Positions 1 through 13,701 of a stretch of 64,000 bases of DNA are shown piece after piece. Source of the DNA: the human T2T-CHM13v2.0 reference genome, Homo sapiens. The notes beneath the pieces were generated by a model. It saw nothing but the letters and a program-made list of their open reading frames with translations, searched no databases and had not been told where the DNA came from. The first letter of the stretch is position 1. Each line of letters starts with the position of its first letter. Location: assembly GCF_009914755.1 (NCBI RefSeq), contig NC_060937.1; one strand, written 5' to 3'. The translations under genes and the position numbers were made by a program.

Positions 1-44
1 TATTTGGTGAGTTTTACATTGTTTGTTTTCAACTCAACATTGTT

Positions 45-735
45 TAATGTTATTTTTTCATTTTTTATTTTATTTTTTTACATTTTTTAAGTGTGTGCAA
101 ATTCATGGGGTACATGAGAAATTTTGTTATTTGTATATACCTTGTAGTAATCAAGTGATGGTATTCAAGGGTATCCATCACCTGAGTTCAATGAATTTTT
201 GTTAAATATAGGCATCCTACTCTGCTATCAAACATTGACTTGATTCCTTCTATCTTATTGTATGTTTGTACCTTTTAACCCAGTTCTCGTCATACTTCCC
301 CCGCCTCTCCATTCATCCTTCCCAGTCTCTGTTATCTGTTTTTTCACTCTCTACCTCTATGTGTTCAATTTTTTTTTTTTTTTTTTTTGAGACTGAGTCT
401 CACTCTGTCACCCAGGCTGGAGTGCAATGGCGTGATCTTGGCTCGCTGCAACCTCCGCCTCCTGGGTTCAAGTGATTCTCCTACCTCAGCCTCCTAGGTA
501 GCTGGGATTATAGGCACCCACCATCATGCCCAGATAATTTTTTGTATTTTTGTAGAGACGAGGTTTTACCATGTTGGCCAGGCTGGTCTTGAACTCCTGA
601 CCTTAGGTGATCCACCAGCCTCAGCCTCCCAAAGTGCTGGGATTATAGGCATGAGCCACCGTGCCCCACCACGTGTTTAATTTTTTAAATTCCCACATGT
701 AAATGAGAACTTGTGTATTTGTATTTTTGTATTTT
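45..735 (-). mobile_element. Old L1 3' end fragment (L1PB/L1MA-like), split by an Alu
   Basis: T-rich tail, then typical antisense L1 3'UTR text (atggggtacatgagaaattttgtta, tatccatcacctgag, cctactctgctatcaaacat). It resumes after the Alu with cccacatgtaaatgagaac. Confidence 0.8.
369..670 (-). mobile_element. AluS-family full-length SINE
   Basis: Poly-T 369-388 plus both Alu arms. Degenerate TSD atgtgttcaatttt / acgtgtttaatttt. Confidence 0.95.
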
Positions 736-2922
736 TAACCTATTGCTAATAAAATACATTTATCATAAAAGTATATAAACATTTTCCTACAAAATATAAA
801 TAGGTTTAAGTCATACAATACATGACAAAACACTATAGCAAAATGATTCATAGTACCCTGTAGAATCTCTAAGGCAGTTCCGATCTGCCTCTAATTTCTA
901 CATACAGTTAACATAAATTTCTCATTTTTCCCACTACCTCGTCAACTCAAAGTCTTTAGCACGCCATGCCACCACTGGCTGTCAAGCAAAGTAGCCAGCA
1001 GGCAACAGTATCCTTAGAAATTCCTGTTCCGAGGTATATTTTAAAGTGAGCACCCATGTTCTGTCTCTGAAGGAAAACTGTTACAAATATTATATCAGAA
1101 AGAACTGGAAAAAGAAACTGATATTAGCAGGTGTTAAGGTGATTCAAATATGTATCACATGCTATGAGATGAGGCCATTGCAAGAACTAGAGATACCAAG
1201 TTCATCTCAGCTAGTTATAATAAACCTCTTAATGTTAAACTTCACACTTACTGGCCACAGTCTTATATTTTGGGCTTTTGCTGAATTTTAATTTGATTAT
1301 CTTTTGTTTTCTCTTAACCAGGTAAAATTTCATTGAAGGTCTGATATAGTATATTTCTTTTTTCATCTTCTTTGAGGTATAATAATTGATTAATTAAACA
1401 ATCAATCAAGTGAAGAGAGTTGTTTCTATTGATTGAAATGCTTTGTCATGATGTGATAAAGCATCAAAATAGCTGAATTATTTATCTAAGAGCATCTGTG
1501 GTCCCCTAAGATATTATATCCATCAGTAATAGATGTCAGATTATGGCATGATAAGTAGTCTAAAAAGGTGACATATTATTATTGTTAATATTTTAATTCT
1601 GTATGTAATGATAAGCTTGTCAAATTCATCTATAATTAAATTAAATTAAATGTTCCTCATTTATACTCTTCTAATTTCTTTGGGTATATAATTTCATAAC
1701 TGCATGCCATAGCAATTTATGACATGTTGTGAAGAGAGTTGTAAAATATGCCTTGAAGCAGTAGCTTATGTTGGAAGAAGTTAAACTATATACTAAAAGC
1801 CTATGCATAAGAACACAATTGAAAATAGTTTTCAGAGAGTACAGTCTTTGAGAGATAATATTTTAAAAATAATTTGTAAGCACAATAATGTTTCTGGAAA
1901 ACATTTTGTGTTTAGAGTTTTAAAATTTTGCTTCTATTCTATTACAAAAATTCACCTCTGAATTCAACAGTATTTGTGTTTAAAGCTATATTTAAGTAGA
2001 AAAAATAACATAAATAAGCCAATATACCTTTATCTAAGAACATAATTAGACAAGTTCATTGCCATGCATATTTACAACGTAAGACAATTTAAAAGAGAGC
2101 AATATGTTAAAATATAACTTAAGTGCTATAACATATACATTTGTGAGTATGTGTGTGTTTGTACATTTCTGTGAAATTAATACTATTCTAATATAGTGTG
2201 ACTTGGGCTATAAATTTGCAGGTCAGTTTTCTCAATTTTTTCTTATATCCTTAATATTTTTAAAATACATGGATATTTTTGTTGATAATTGTACTTTCAG
2301 TTCTACAACCAGCATTTATTAAATGTGGATAATATAGTTTCAAATTTTACCATCAATATACTGTATATTTCCTCATTAATGGATATACACTCATGATTAT
2401 TATCCTAAAAATTAAATATCACCTGTGCTTGATGATTCTAGAAAGCTTTAAACATATGAATCAATTAGAATATTTCTATCAAGGCACTGAAGAACTGAAT
2501 CTGAGTCATGAGACATACTTTTTAATCTCTCTAGCATTCATAAATGTGAGAATGTCAATTTAAGCTAATCTCTGCCGAGACTTTGATCTAGACTTTCATT
2601 CTACATTTAAATAATTGTGAGTGTGTTGTTTTAATTGGTTTTGACTTTTTTTTTGGTTAAAGGATATTAATAGAACTTACAGATTTGATGAAGCTTTGAA
2701 GGAAAAATCTGACTGCTGAAGGCAATACATAAAATATCTCTTTGTCCTTAACTGAAATAATATTTAGAATCTACAAAGGTGAAGAAAGCAAAAAGTACAT
2801 GTCTGTTATTACTGAAACTGAACTAATTACAAAATACTAATCACTGAGCTCAACATCTTTATCAAGTGAAGAATTCATCAAATTCCCCAAAATCTGCCTT
2901 TATGTAGTTGCAAAGATGCAAC

Positions 2923-3598
2923 TATTAGCAACAGTGAATAAATGTAGGTCTGTAGCAACCTCAGTTCTTGCGTTCTCAGAAGAAAGAATTCCACTGAGGG
3001 GCATAAGGCAGAGTGGGAGACTGAGGCAAGTGTGGGAACAGAAGCAAAAATTATTAAAACATTTTAGAACAGGAACGAAAGGAAGTAAAGTACACTTGGA
3101 AGAGGGCCAAGAGGGTGACTTGAGAGATTCAAGTGCACAGCTTGACCTTTGACTTGGGGTTCATACATTGGCATGCTTCTGGGGTCTTGTTGCCTTCTCC
3201 CCATTTCTTCCATTGGGGCAGGCTCTCCACATGCACAGTGGCCTGCTAACACTTGGGAGGGGCCACGTGTTCAGTGCGTTTACTGAAGTTGTAGGCATAC
3301 TCACTTGAGGCTTTCCTAGAAGGTCAAATACCGGTTAAACTTTGCCATTTTGCCTCGTAGTTTGCATGCTTGAGCCCACTCACCCAACTCCTAAGATCTT
3401 ATTGGGAAGCTGCCAATCACCAGTTTCAGATTTCTTCTACTGGGAGACTGCCTTTCCTTGGTGCTGGCTGCTACCAATTATTATTTTAGAGAGACAACGT
3501 AACAACTGCCTCACCATCATCACATGCTGGTCACCTGACAGTCCGGTTTGGGCAGGTCTATCTCCTGCCCTGCTCATATCTAACTACCCACTGTAACA
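2923..3598 (-). mobile_element. ERV1 solo LTR, MER50-like
   Basis: Contains ctcagaagaaagaattccactgaggggcataaggcaga and gtacacttggaagagggccaag; ends ctcctgccctgctcatatctaactacccactgtaaca. 4-bp TSD caac/gaac. Confidence 0.8.
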
Positions 3599-3864
3599 GA
3601 ACCATGTCCTTACACTGTCTAGGTCTGTTTACAAGGTACCATCTACTGTATGATAACAAAATAGTCTTTAAAATCATTTTAATGAAAAACATAATGTCTC
3701 TATATCAAATTCATTTTGAAAATTTTTCATCATTTAAGTTTGAGGTGCTATCTGTGAATAATTTATCATTTTGAAAATTTGAGTTTTATTTATTGTCTAT
3801 TTCACCAGACTAAAATGAAAGTAACAGAAACTCATAGATATTTTTCTTTCATGTTTTTTTCCAC

Positions 3865-4350
3865 TGTTAACCCCTGAAATTTGAGTCAGGTCTCTGTTAA
3901 TTTAGAAAGTTTATTTTGCCAAGACGCAGCCTCAGGAAGTCCAGAAGACATGTGCCCAATGTGGTGAAATGTATAAAACATGAACATTTATAAAAAATGT
4001 ATAAGACAGCTTAGTTTTATACATTTTAGGGAGACGTGACACATCAATCAATATGTGTAAGAAGTACATTGGTTTGCTCTGGAAAGGTCGGACAACTTGA
4101 AGCAAAGGTGGGAAGAATTGAAGAGGGGAGGGGGCTTCCAGGACACAGGTAGATAAGAGACAAATGGTTGCATTATTCTGAGTTTCTATTTAGCCTCTCC
4201 AAAGAAGGCACTCAGCAATGCATCTATGTCAGTGGGCAGAGGGGTGACTTTGAATAGAATGGGAGGCAGGTTTGCCCTAAGCAGTTCCGAGCTTGACTTT
4301 TCCCTTTAGCTTCGTGATTTGGTGGCCCCAAGATTTATTTTCCTTTCACA
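3865..4350 (-). mobile_element. ERV1 solo LTR, MER4A/MER4A1-like
   Basis: Starts TG and ends ccccaagatttattttcctttcaca, the reverse complement of the MER4A start TGTGAAAGGAAAATAAATCTTGG. TSD ccac/ccaa. Confidence 0.85.
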
Positions 4351-5689
4351 CCAACAAAAAAGCTTAAGGAACTCAGTCTAAAGGTGTTCTTACTTGAATG
4401 GATAAATTATCTTTTAGTTAGAATTAGAAAAATATGTCTGTCTACCTAGTGAGAAAAATATTGCTTCTGAGATTATGTAGTTGTAATTGTACACAATTTT
4501 CACTGACACCACAAACTAACATACAGACCAAACATCAGTTGAATGTTCATGATTAGGATACAGTTAACCCAGAGATGGGAACTTGTATTATATAGAGAAA
4601 GTTGACAATAGAGTAGTAGGAAGAATTTTTCCACTAAGAGGGTTTTTGAGATGGGCAACCAAGAAAAATTGATATAGCAAATACAGGAGAATTTAGTCAT
4701 GTATTATTTAATAGGCAGGATCTCAGTGTTTCTGGTTTTTCCCATGAGGCTGAAATACTGGACTAAAGTCCCATTTCCATCCTGCTGAAGTTCCTTTGTT
4801 CTCAATACTGCTGAAGTTCAGTTATCAAAAGGAGCACTTCTTTTTCCTGATTATCACATCAGAGCAACTAGGAGCTGACATAGTAGGGCTGGTTATCCAT
4901 TTGAAGAGTTTGCCCCCAGCTGAGTTCTTTTCAGTTTAATCAGAAAGGTAGAGAAGCAATTAGAAAATAGTTGCCCCAACACTAGAGATATATCCTGGAG
5001 CCAGCTGTGCTGTCAAAAAACATTTCCTATGCATGGCAATTAAAAAACGATTGGGAGCCTATTTCCAGTAAGTCACAGAAGAGACACTATAAAGGAGGTG
5101 GGCAGGATGTGGCTTAACTGTGTCACAGGGAAGCTACAGCTGCTGGAAGTGAAAACAAAAGGAAAAAAAAATCAAGATCAGTATAAAACACAAAGTATCA
5201 GGAAGTTTTAAAAGATATAAAAGAGCAACTGATCTATATTATTGGTGAAAATTAAATCTACATTACTTCTAAGTAATAATACTCACATATTATCTGAATT
5301 TTCATTTTTCTACTGTTTGTATTGAGAAAACAGACCTATGTTATTGTATTTATTTTTCATTCAAGCATCCCAACCCTCTGCTGAACTTTTCAATTCACTT
5401 GATACTACTTAGACCTTTCCTGAACAGAGTGGGTTGGAGTGAATGATGTGGAAATAAAAGTGAATCCTGGTAACTCAAAGGTTCGTAGAGAGTTTGTAAA
5501 TCTCTATTTGCCACAAATGCTATATATGAATGAAGTACATATATTAATGATATTGAATCAGATGAGATTTGCAGGGTACCTCTCTGAATTAGTAGAAAGT
5601 CCACAATATAGGAAAATTTTAAGAGATTAATTTTATTAACTTCAAATATTGAATCATTTATAGAAACACGAAGGAGACAGCCAAATTTT

Positions 5690-6020
5690 AGTTTGGATTG
5701 TATTGAGGAAACAAAGAACCTCAAAATTTAAGTGATGTAAGACAATAAGAGTTTATTTTTCACTTATATAACAATACAATATGGTGTTCCTGGCTGCCGG
5801 GCAGCTTTATTCAATTTACTGATTTAAGATTACATATCCTTTCAAGTTTGCTATTCTTTAGGCTTGAGAGTCTTGTACCTAGAGAAATGACAAACAGAGA
5901 ATGAAGATATTCACACACCTCATAAAAGCATCATTGCTACTGATATACTGCTGGTGAAAATTAGTCATGTGTCCAGAGTTGTAGGCAAGATGGAGTGGTG
6001 ATACTAGAAAATATTGTCCC
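5690..6020 (-). mobile_element. Highly decayed MaLR (MLT1-type) LTR fragment
   Basis: ctcaaaatttaagtgatgtaagacaataagagtttatttttcactt resembles the MLT1 terminal motif, followed by ctggctgccgggcagct and aaaattagtcatgtgtcc. Confidence 0.4.
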
Positions 6021-6023
6021 TGC

Positions 6024-6352
<329 letters not shown>

Positions 6353-6694
6353 TCAATCAGAGCTCCACACTATGGAGGGTAGAGCACAAATTTGGTAGAC
6401 TCCTAGGCACCAAAATCTTAGTTCTTTCTGCTTTTATCTGTCACAGGTGTGTATAACAAAGTGATTGAATAAGAAATACGTGATTATCAACTTCTAGGAA
6501 TATAAGCGTGTATGAAATATGGGTTCTGTAAGAATTAATCACAGTTTTACAATTATTTTTTAATATATAAGAAAGGAAACCAAATATTAACATTTATACT
6601 TACGTTCAGTATCTCTTTGACAAGACCTCAGTAAAAAATGAGTAGCAGTAAACACACTAAACTGCAAGAAACATATTGAGTTAGAAAGTACACT

Positions 6695-6835
6695 GATTCA
6701 TAAGATTCATATTCTAGCCATCAGTTCTGCAGTCAAACTAAGTGTCTGACCTTGGGCAAGTCACTACACATTTCTTATTCTATCATATCTAACACAAGTA
6801 GGAGGGTTAAGTTAGTTCATATGTTAATCTCCATA
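6695..6835 (+). mobile_element. MIR fragment
   Basis: MIR core motif tgaccttgggcaagtcact. Confidence 0.6.
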
Positions 6836-7638
6836 CAGTTATAAATTTTTGAGAGTTTCTATTTTAGATTTCAGCAGAATGATTTTTATGGATCTAAAAC
6901 TTCAACAGCTACTGGATATTTCAGTGTAAAAGATCCTGGGAGATTCATACATAATCAAAGCTGAGATTTATTATGTGATTATGTGCCATCCATTGTTTCA
7001 AATACTTCACTTATGTTTATTTATTTACATTTCTCAATAGTTCTACCATGCATGTTGTATAATCTCCGTTTACACACATTTATCCATGATGTATATACAT
7101 TTCAATATATGTTTGTATATATGTATCTGATCTGTGATAGGAATTTAGAGATACCGTATCCCACTTCCCTGAGGATATATTCCTGAATTAGCCTAGTAAC
7201 TAAAATAGAAACTATGTTCTAATAAATCAGAAAATCATAGCCATCATGTGAAAATCTTTGGAAGCAAAAATCATAAAAAAATTTGCAGTATAAAAAATCA
7301 CAATGACAGTGAACTGATAATGCTAAGTTTAATATAGAATATCAAATTATTTTATATAGAGTAGATAGAAAAGATCTAAGGAAGAGTGAATTAAATGATT
7401 AAACATGAAGAGATGGTATCAGTTTGTGTAAAATATCTTAAAAATGACTCTCTGATCTGGAAAGATGAAAGCAATGTGATAAAATTAGAATCTCTACAAT
7501 TGCGGAGGCATTAATTAGGTAAACAAATATCTGCCTATCTAATTTTAATTCCTAGACATATAATTTGACATAGGTCAAATTTAGTTTCCCATAAGGTTTT
7601 CAAAAACTAAAACTACATAAAGGCTAAAGAGGGCTGGA

Positions 7639-7639
<1 letters not shown>

Positions 7640-7684
<45 letters not shown>
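7640..7684. repeat. (TG)n microsatellite, about 22 units
   Basis: Uninterrupted tg run read directly. Confidence 0.98.
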
Positions 7685-7687
<3 letters not shown>

Positions 7688-7734
7688 GTAATACATTTTT
7701 AGAGGTATTAGAAATATTTTTCTTTTATACATAT

Positions 7735-8330
7735 GAAATTCATTCATTTACTACCCATTCAAAATATATTCAGAAATGATTGCAAATGCACAAGTGCCTG
7801 AGATTCATAACATGGTAATAAAGTAAGTCCTGAGGCATGCTTTCATGAGTCATGAAGTATGTCATGAGACAGACTAATACATGATAAAAAATGAGATGTG
7901 TCATAGGGAACTTTCAGTTATATTTTCATCAGAAGAAGAAGAGTTTTTGTTGTCATTTTATTGTTGTTTTACTGTAAGAATCAGAGAAATCTACACAGGA
8001 GATGTGCCTTCTGTGTTAGTCCTTGATGACCATGCTCAGGTAACTGTGACAATAGTTTGAACCCAGAGAAATTTAGAAAAGCAAATTGACAGATCTCCTG
8101 GGAAAGTTGATGTATCCTGCTTTGTGTTTACTGAGTTTGAAGTATCAGTTGGAAATCCAGGTGATGATGCTGCTGATCAAGTAATTGGAAGTATGAATCT
8201 AAAGCTCATTAGGCAGGTTTCAGCTAGACATTAGGAAGTCATTTGCATAGCAGACAAGATATTCTTGGGTTGCAGAGACTTTTCAAAAGAGAAATAAAGA
8301 AGTATTTGAGGATAGATGGATAATGAATGG
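7735..8330 (-). mobile_element. L2 fragments
   Basis: cattcattt/cattcaaaatatatt matches the L2 3' end. ctgagtttgaagtatcagttggaaatccaggtgatgatg...ggaagtcatttgcatag matches antisense L2 ORF2. Confidence 0.6.
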
Positions 8331-9134
8331 CAATGTGCAAGTCAAATAAGACTCTTTAGACCAGCATTCAGGAAGGTGGCCTATTTACCTAAAGAGGTTC
8401 ACTCAGTAATGTCAGATATCATCCACTTTAAGAGACTCTTTATCTTAGGCTTGATGTAGACAAGAACAATTTTCCGTTAGAATGGCTGAGCCCACATTCT
8501 CAAAGAAAAACATACATATACAGTCAACCTAAATTTAGACAGCATGAGTGCATACCCAAATTCCAAATCATATATAAAGAGAGATTCTGGTATTAGCTAT
8601 CAACATTTTACTTATACATATAATAGTAAAAACTTTTAGGAATCTTTAATAAAGATAATTTCTTCTATTGTAAGCTCTCCATTACTTTTTTCCTGCTGAT
8701 AACATTCCAGTATCTGTCCTAAACTAGTTTATTTGAGGAAAAAGATAAAATTCCCAGATTTGGGGTTTATATATGCTAAACAGTAATTAATAAGTACTTT
8801 TAAAATTATAGTATCTCTAAGATATTTTCATTACCTCCAGTATTGTCTGCAAAATGTCAACTGCTAGTTACTTTATCCATATGAATAGATTCTGTTTCTT
8901 TTTCTGTACCTTGAAGCATTTTGCTGTACTTTCTGTTCACTTTTTCTGCATTTTCTATGTTACACATGAGCTGGTTCTATACTTCACATTTTTGTTTGTA
9001 GTATGCTATGGATTGCTTACGTTTGCTTTTTTGAAAAAAAAAAACAAGTGAATAGTAATTTTCCAATTGGAATATAAATTGAAAACAGGAATACATTTCC
9101 TGTTACGTGTTTCTTCCTTCTCAGCACAAAGGTT

Positions 9135-9420
9135 TTATTCATTTAATCATTTAATACCAACTTTATTGTGAACTGACAGTATTTTTAGGAACCAGAATCG
9201 TGAAAGTTACTCAGAAAGGAAATAATCAGAGAAGTAGGAGTGCAGTGACCTGGAAGGCAAAGGATGATAAATTCAAGTAATGTGAAGTAGGATGAGAACT
9301 AATACTAGTATCTGATAATTAGATACAATTAATGGCCTTTGTAAGAGAAATCTGAGAAAAACAATGAATGAGAAAAGATGGATGCAATAGAGTAACACAT
9401 GAAGGGTTACTTAGAGTCGG
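9135..9420 (-). mobile_element. L2 fragment
   Basis: ttattcatttaatcatttaatacc... and ggaaataatcagagaagtaggagtgcagtgacctggaaggcaaagg...gtaggatgagaact. Confidence 0.5.
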
Positions 9421-10376
9421 GATGTTTTTGAACCTACATGTGATTTCTAAATATATCATGAATGTTAGTTAATTTATCACACTTTGAATTATTGCAAAAA
9501 TACTTTTTGTAGCTTTTAGTTTTAGCCTTTAACTACATTCACATCTAGTTTAATTATATTAACAAAATGCAAATTACAGAGGAATATATACTACCATAGT
9601 GAAAAATTTGTCTTCCTAAGTAGGTAAATTTTATTTAATAACATTTTTGCAATTATTGGAAATTTTTGCCCAGCCCTTTTGTGAATAATTATACATAAGT
9701 GAAGTATAAATTAAAAGGGCTTTATTATTTTTTCATTTATTCAAAAAATATCTAAATTGTAGAGTATTTGTACTGAGAATCTCGGAAGTGTCAGCACTGC
9801 TGTGGACTCTCTTGTTTCCCTAAAGAAGTCTGGGTATTGAAAACTGGTGTGTCATAGTCAAGAATCTGAGTTCAGGAGTATCCACAGAGAGGCTTCCAAG
9901 TCCTTCACATATCTGCTTGTCCCAGTTTGGATATTTTCCATGAACTAATTCTATTTCGATGTGTTTTCATGTCTGGAGACCTCCATTTTCACATATAGAG
10001 AAGAAGAAATTGATGAGGGTCTTCAGTGCCATTGTTTCTTTTATGGAACACATTCCTTCATAGTTACTTGGTTCCGTATTATCAGGTGTGTCCATCTGAA
10101 TGTACCACTCGACATTCCGGGATTCAGTGAATTTCTGGATTTCTTCCATACCACATAAGCATGAAGAGGATCTCCTCATGAGGCTTCCCTCTGCCTCATG
10201 ACTTTATGCTCCTGAAATTCCTGTTAATACCTCCACTGGATGATGGCGGGGACAGGGGGTGCAGAAACCTCTGCCTGAATCCCTCTGCTTTTGTTTTCCT
10301 CTCCCATTCACCTATGGAAATCTAAGTCTTTCTACGCCTAGGCATTATGTCCTTCATTATTTGTAAGTCACCATAC

Positions 10377-10924
10377 TGTGGCAAAATGAATTTTCCACAT
10401 ATTATTCTTACCATGTGACTCACACTCTTCTCATTGACAGGTGGGGCTTATGTTTCCTACTCTTCAATCTTGGTAAGGGCTTCTTTCTTCTCTGAGCAAC
10501 TAAAGCAGCAGGAGTGATGCTGTGATTTTCAAGGCCAGAGAATAAAACCGGTAGAGTTTCACCTGGCTTGCTGTCTCAGGGATCGTGCCTTTGGAACCCT
10601 GAGCATCCACATGAGAAGTCATGATAGTGTGATGCTAGTAAGCTGGAGAGGCCATTTAGCTAGAGAAAGAGGATGGTGCCTGAAGGTCCTTAGCTGCTCT
10701 AGCCTCTGTTCTGGACTGTATAGCCTAAGCACTACAATACGAAGGAAGGAGACTTTTGACGGCCCTAGTCAGATTGCAGTCTGACTGCAATCTCATGAAA
10801 GACTCTAAGCCAGAGACCACTCAGAAAAGCTGCTCCTGAATTCATGACCCACGTCTCTTTTTTTCCTGTTTTGAGCTCCTAAGTTTTGGGGTGATTTCTT
10901 ATACAGCAATACATAATCAATACA
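10377..10924 (+). mobile_element. MaLR solo LTR, MLT1G/H-like
   Basis: Starts tgtggca. Internal ctttggaaccctgagcatccacatgagaagtc. Ends ctaagttttggggtgatttcttatacagcaatacataatcaataca. Confidence 0.8.
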
Positions 10925-10929
10925 TCTAT

Positions 10930-11700
10930 ATTTTTTGATATTCGATGATTTGCTTACAATATCTGTTGCCAGTATGTTTTTCATCTTGTTTTTTTTCTTT
11001 AAACTTAACAATGTCCATTAACATAAAATAGTCATTTTCTGTTAAAAATGTTGGTGTCATATGATATTTAAATAGATTTTGTTACTACAAGGTATCTGGA
11101 AAACTCTTCTAAATTTTCTTCTCATAATAGTTTGTAGCTTTCTTGTAGGTTATATGACACAATTAAATTATGTCTGTGTGTGTGTGTACTTTGTGATAAT
11201 CTAAGTTTGTTTTTCCTACTACTTTTTAGCTAATAATAATTAACCTTCCCCCCATAGCTAATTTGAAATTTCAATATTGCCATATATTTCATTGGCTTGT
11301 TTTTGCTGTAATAACAGTGATCTGATAAATAAAAAAACATGGTAGAAAATACTTAGTTCAAATAATTGAATATATATTACATTTCCATATATTTCTATTT
11401 TTAATTTATTTTTTCTGTATTTATGGATGCTCAGTAGCAAATTCTTTAAATTATTAGGATTTATGGCATATTTTACATATTACAAGGCAACAGTAATCCT
11501 CCTTGCTCTTTCTCTTTTACAAAGCATATTTTGTTACCTATCCTTGTAACTTTCTTCTTCCAGATAAAACTCAGAATAAATTTCTTCTAATCCAAAAAAG
11601 TCACATCGTGATAGTTTAAATTTGCATCAAATATATAGGTCAATCAATAGTAGAAATAAGTTTTAAAATAGTGCATCTTCCCATCTACAGTCATAGGAAG
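10930..11700 (-). mobile_element. Very old L1 (L1ME-like) ORF2 remnant
   Basis: T-rich with decayed antisense L1 phrases (ttggtgtcatat, ttttcttctcataatagtttgtagcttt, gcatcaaatatataggtcaat, cttcccatctacagtcatagg). Confidence 0.45.
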
Positions 11701-12419
11701 TTAACAGAAAAAAATACAGTGAAATAAGAGTCGGCAACTTATTAACTATCATGTCATCATTACTCTGTGTTATTGTCCATCACCGTTAAAGGAGTTGGTA
11801 CTAAAATAGATCAAAGAAGATGAGAATTGCCATTAGTGTGATTACATTGAAGGCTACTCAGAATTTATTTCACTTGCTCTTATGTGTCTGGCTCCTACAG
11901 TAAAATGGCTTTATTTGCATGATTAGGGCTGTTAACCAAAATGTGTTGATCTAAAAATGAAATGAAAACAGTAGGTCATTTTGAATGGAAAAGATAAACA
12001 GTATTATAAATATTGTAAAATCAGACAAATTATCTAATGTTTATTAATCAACATTGAGATAAAATGCAGTGTGCAAAGTCCAATATGGATTAATAAATAA
12101 ATGTTCTGTGATTACAGCATACATATTTCATGCCCAATGACCTATAAATTTTTTCTTAAGTACAATAAATACATATCATCATATTGAAAATTTACAATAA
12201 GAAATAATGAGACTTTATTCTTTATTCATGTAGGATCATCTGTTTTGAATTTTTATTCCAATATGTACAATGGGTGAATGCTTATCTGCTGTACTTTTAA
12301 AGTGTAGGTTAAATATCACATCCTTATGCAGCCATCCTAGGGCCTCTCATTTCAGGCAGAGTGTATCACCCCAATTCTGTTTGTCCAAAGCAGCTATTGG
12401 ATTGCTTTGGTACATAGGA

Positions 12420-12675
12420 AGTTTATCATAGTGCTTGGGACTCCAAACACTGAAATCAGCCCTGGGCTTAACCCTTCATTCATCAATCACTGGCTCTTCA
12501 GCTGTGAAAAAGTTGCTTAATTACTCTGAGCTCAATATTTTGATATCCAAGCTTACTGTCACATTAGTTGCAGCAGAGGTTTTAATTAAGATGATCTTTT
12601 CAAAATATTTAGCTAAATACTTAACATATATGTAGTATCTAGGAAATAGTAGACAATAGATGGTAGCTAACAATA
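12420..12675 (+). mobile_element. MIR
   Basis: aagttgcttaattactctgagctcaat core, followed by a MIR-like 3' end (caatagatggtagct). Confidence 0.55.
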
Positions 12676-13701
12676 GGTGATAAAATGATGATGACTGAAT
12701 CATTTGCTGACAGTTTAATGATCTGGACTTCTTAGAGGACGGAATTATGTTTTAATTATTTGTACAATATTTGCTATATTACAAATGCCCAATTAAGGCT
12801 TGTTAAATGATAAAATGCATGGAATTAAGAAAAATAAATAAACAGAAGAGAGAAGTTAAAGTGACCATTCTGTAAAACTCTTTTCTAGGAAAGGGAAATA
12901 TATTAATCTCTGGCATCTGGGCTACATGGTGCAAATATATGTTTTCTTTCTGTGATTTTCAGAGGAATAGTAGTTCTTCTATTGTGCAAGAAAAAAATTT
13001 CCCCAAAGACCCAGTCCATTAAGATTATTTACCAGATAAATTATAATCTCAAAGGTATCAATTATACCCAAAAGGACTCTTGAGGATTACCATGACACCA
13101 TCAGGGAAAGCAGGTATCTGCATGACCCTGATGCTAATGATTACTGTTTACAAGTGAATATCATCCCCAGAACACTTCCTCCTACTGGGGGCTAAATACA
13201 AATATTCTGGCATTCCTTAACATCAGTGATTTATTGCTCTAATTATCCTTTACTGTCCTTATGGTACAAATAAGAGTAAGGGCTCAGTAAAGTTTGTGTA
13301 TGTACCTTTTTAGTTTGCTTTAAAAATGGACATTTGGCTCATTTGGCAGATGAAAATTACATGCAATTGATAATTCCTTTTTACAGTCTGGTTTATTCCT
13401 TCCCTATACTTTCTCATAAATACTTTCATGCTCACTTGGCCTCTTATATTTATTATATTCATGCTAAATAATATACCTCATGTAAATAATAAAATAATGT
13501 ACCTAAATCACTTCACTACAGATAGGTAAGCCTGTTTTGGTAATAATTACAATGGTTTCTTTATTTTTCTTTCTCACAGGGATGTCTCAGTTATTAATAT
13601 CCTGTGTAATGTTTTTAAACTCTTGACAGATATGAATCTTCAGGATTCACACACAAGGAATTGGAATTCCTGAAATTAAAATGCTTAGATACTTTAAGGA
13701 A

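Noticed and set aside
5395-5724. 109-aa and 63-aa ORFs
   Set aside because: Non-ATG starts, no recognisable homology and no convincing exon structure.
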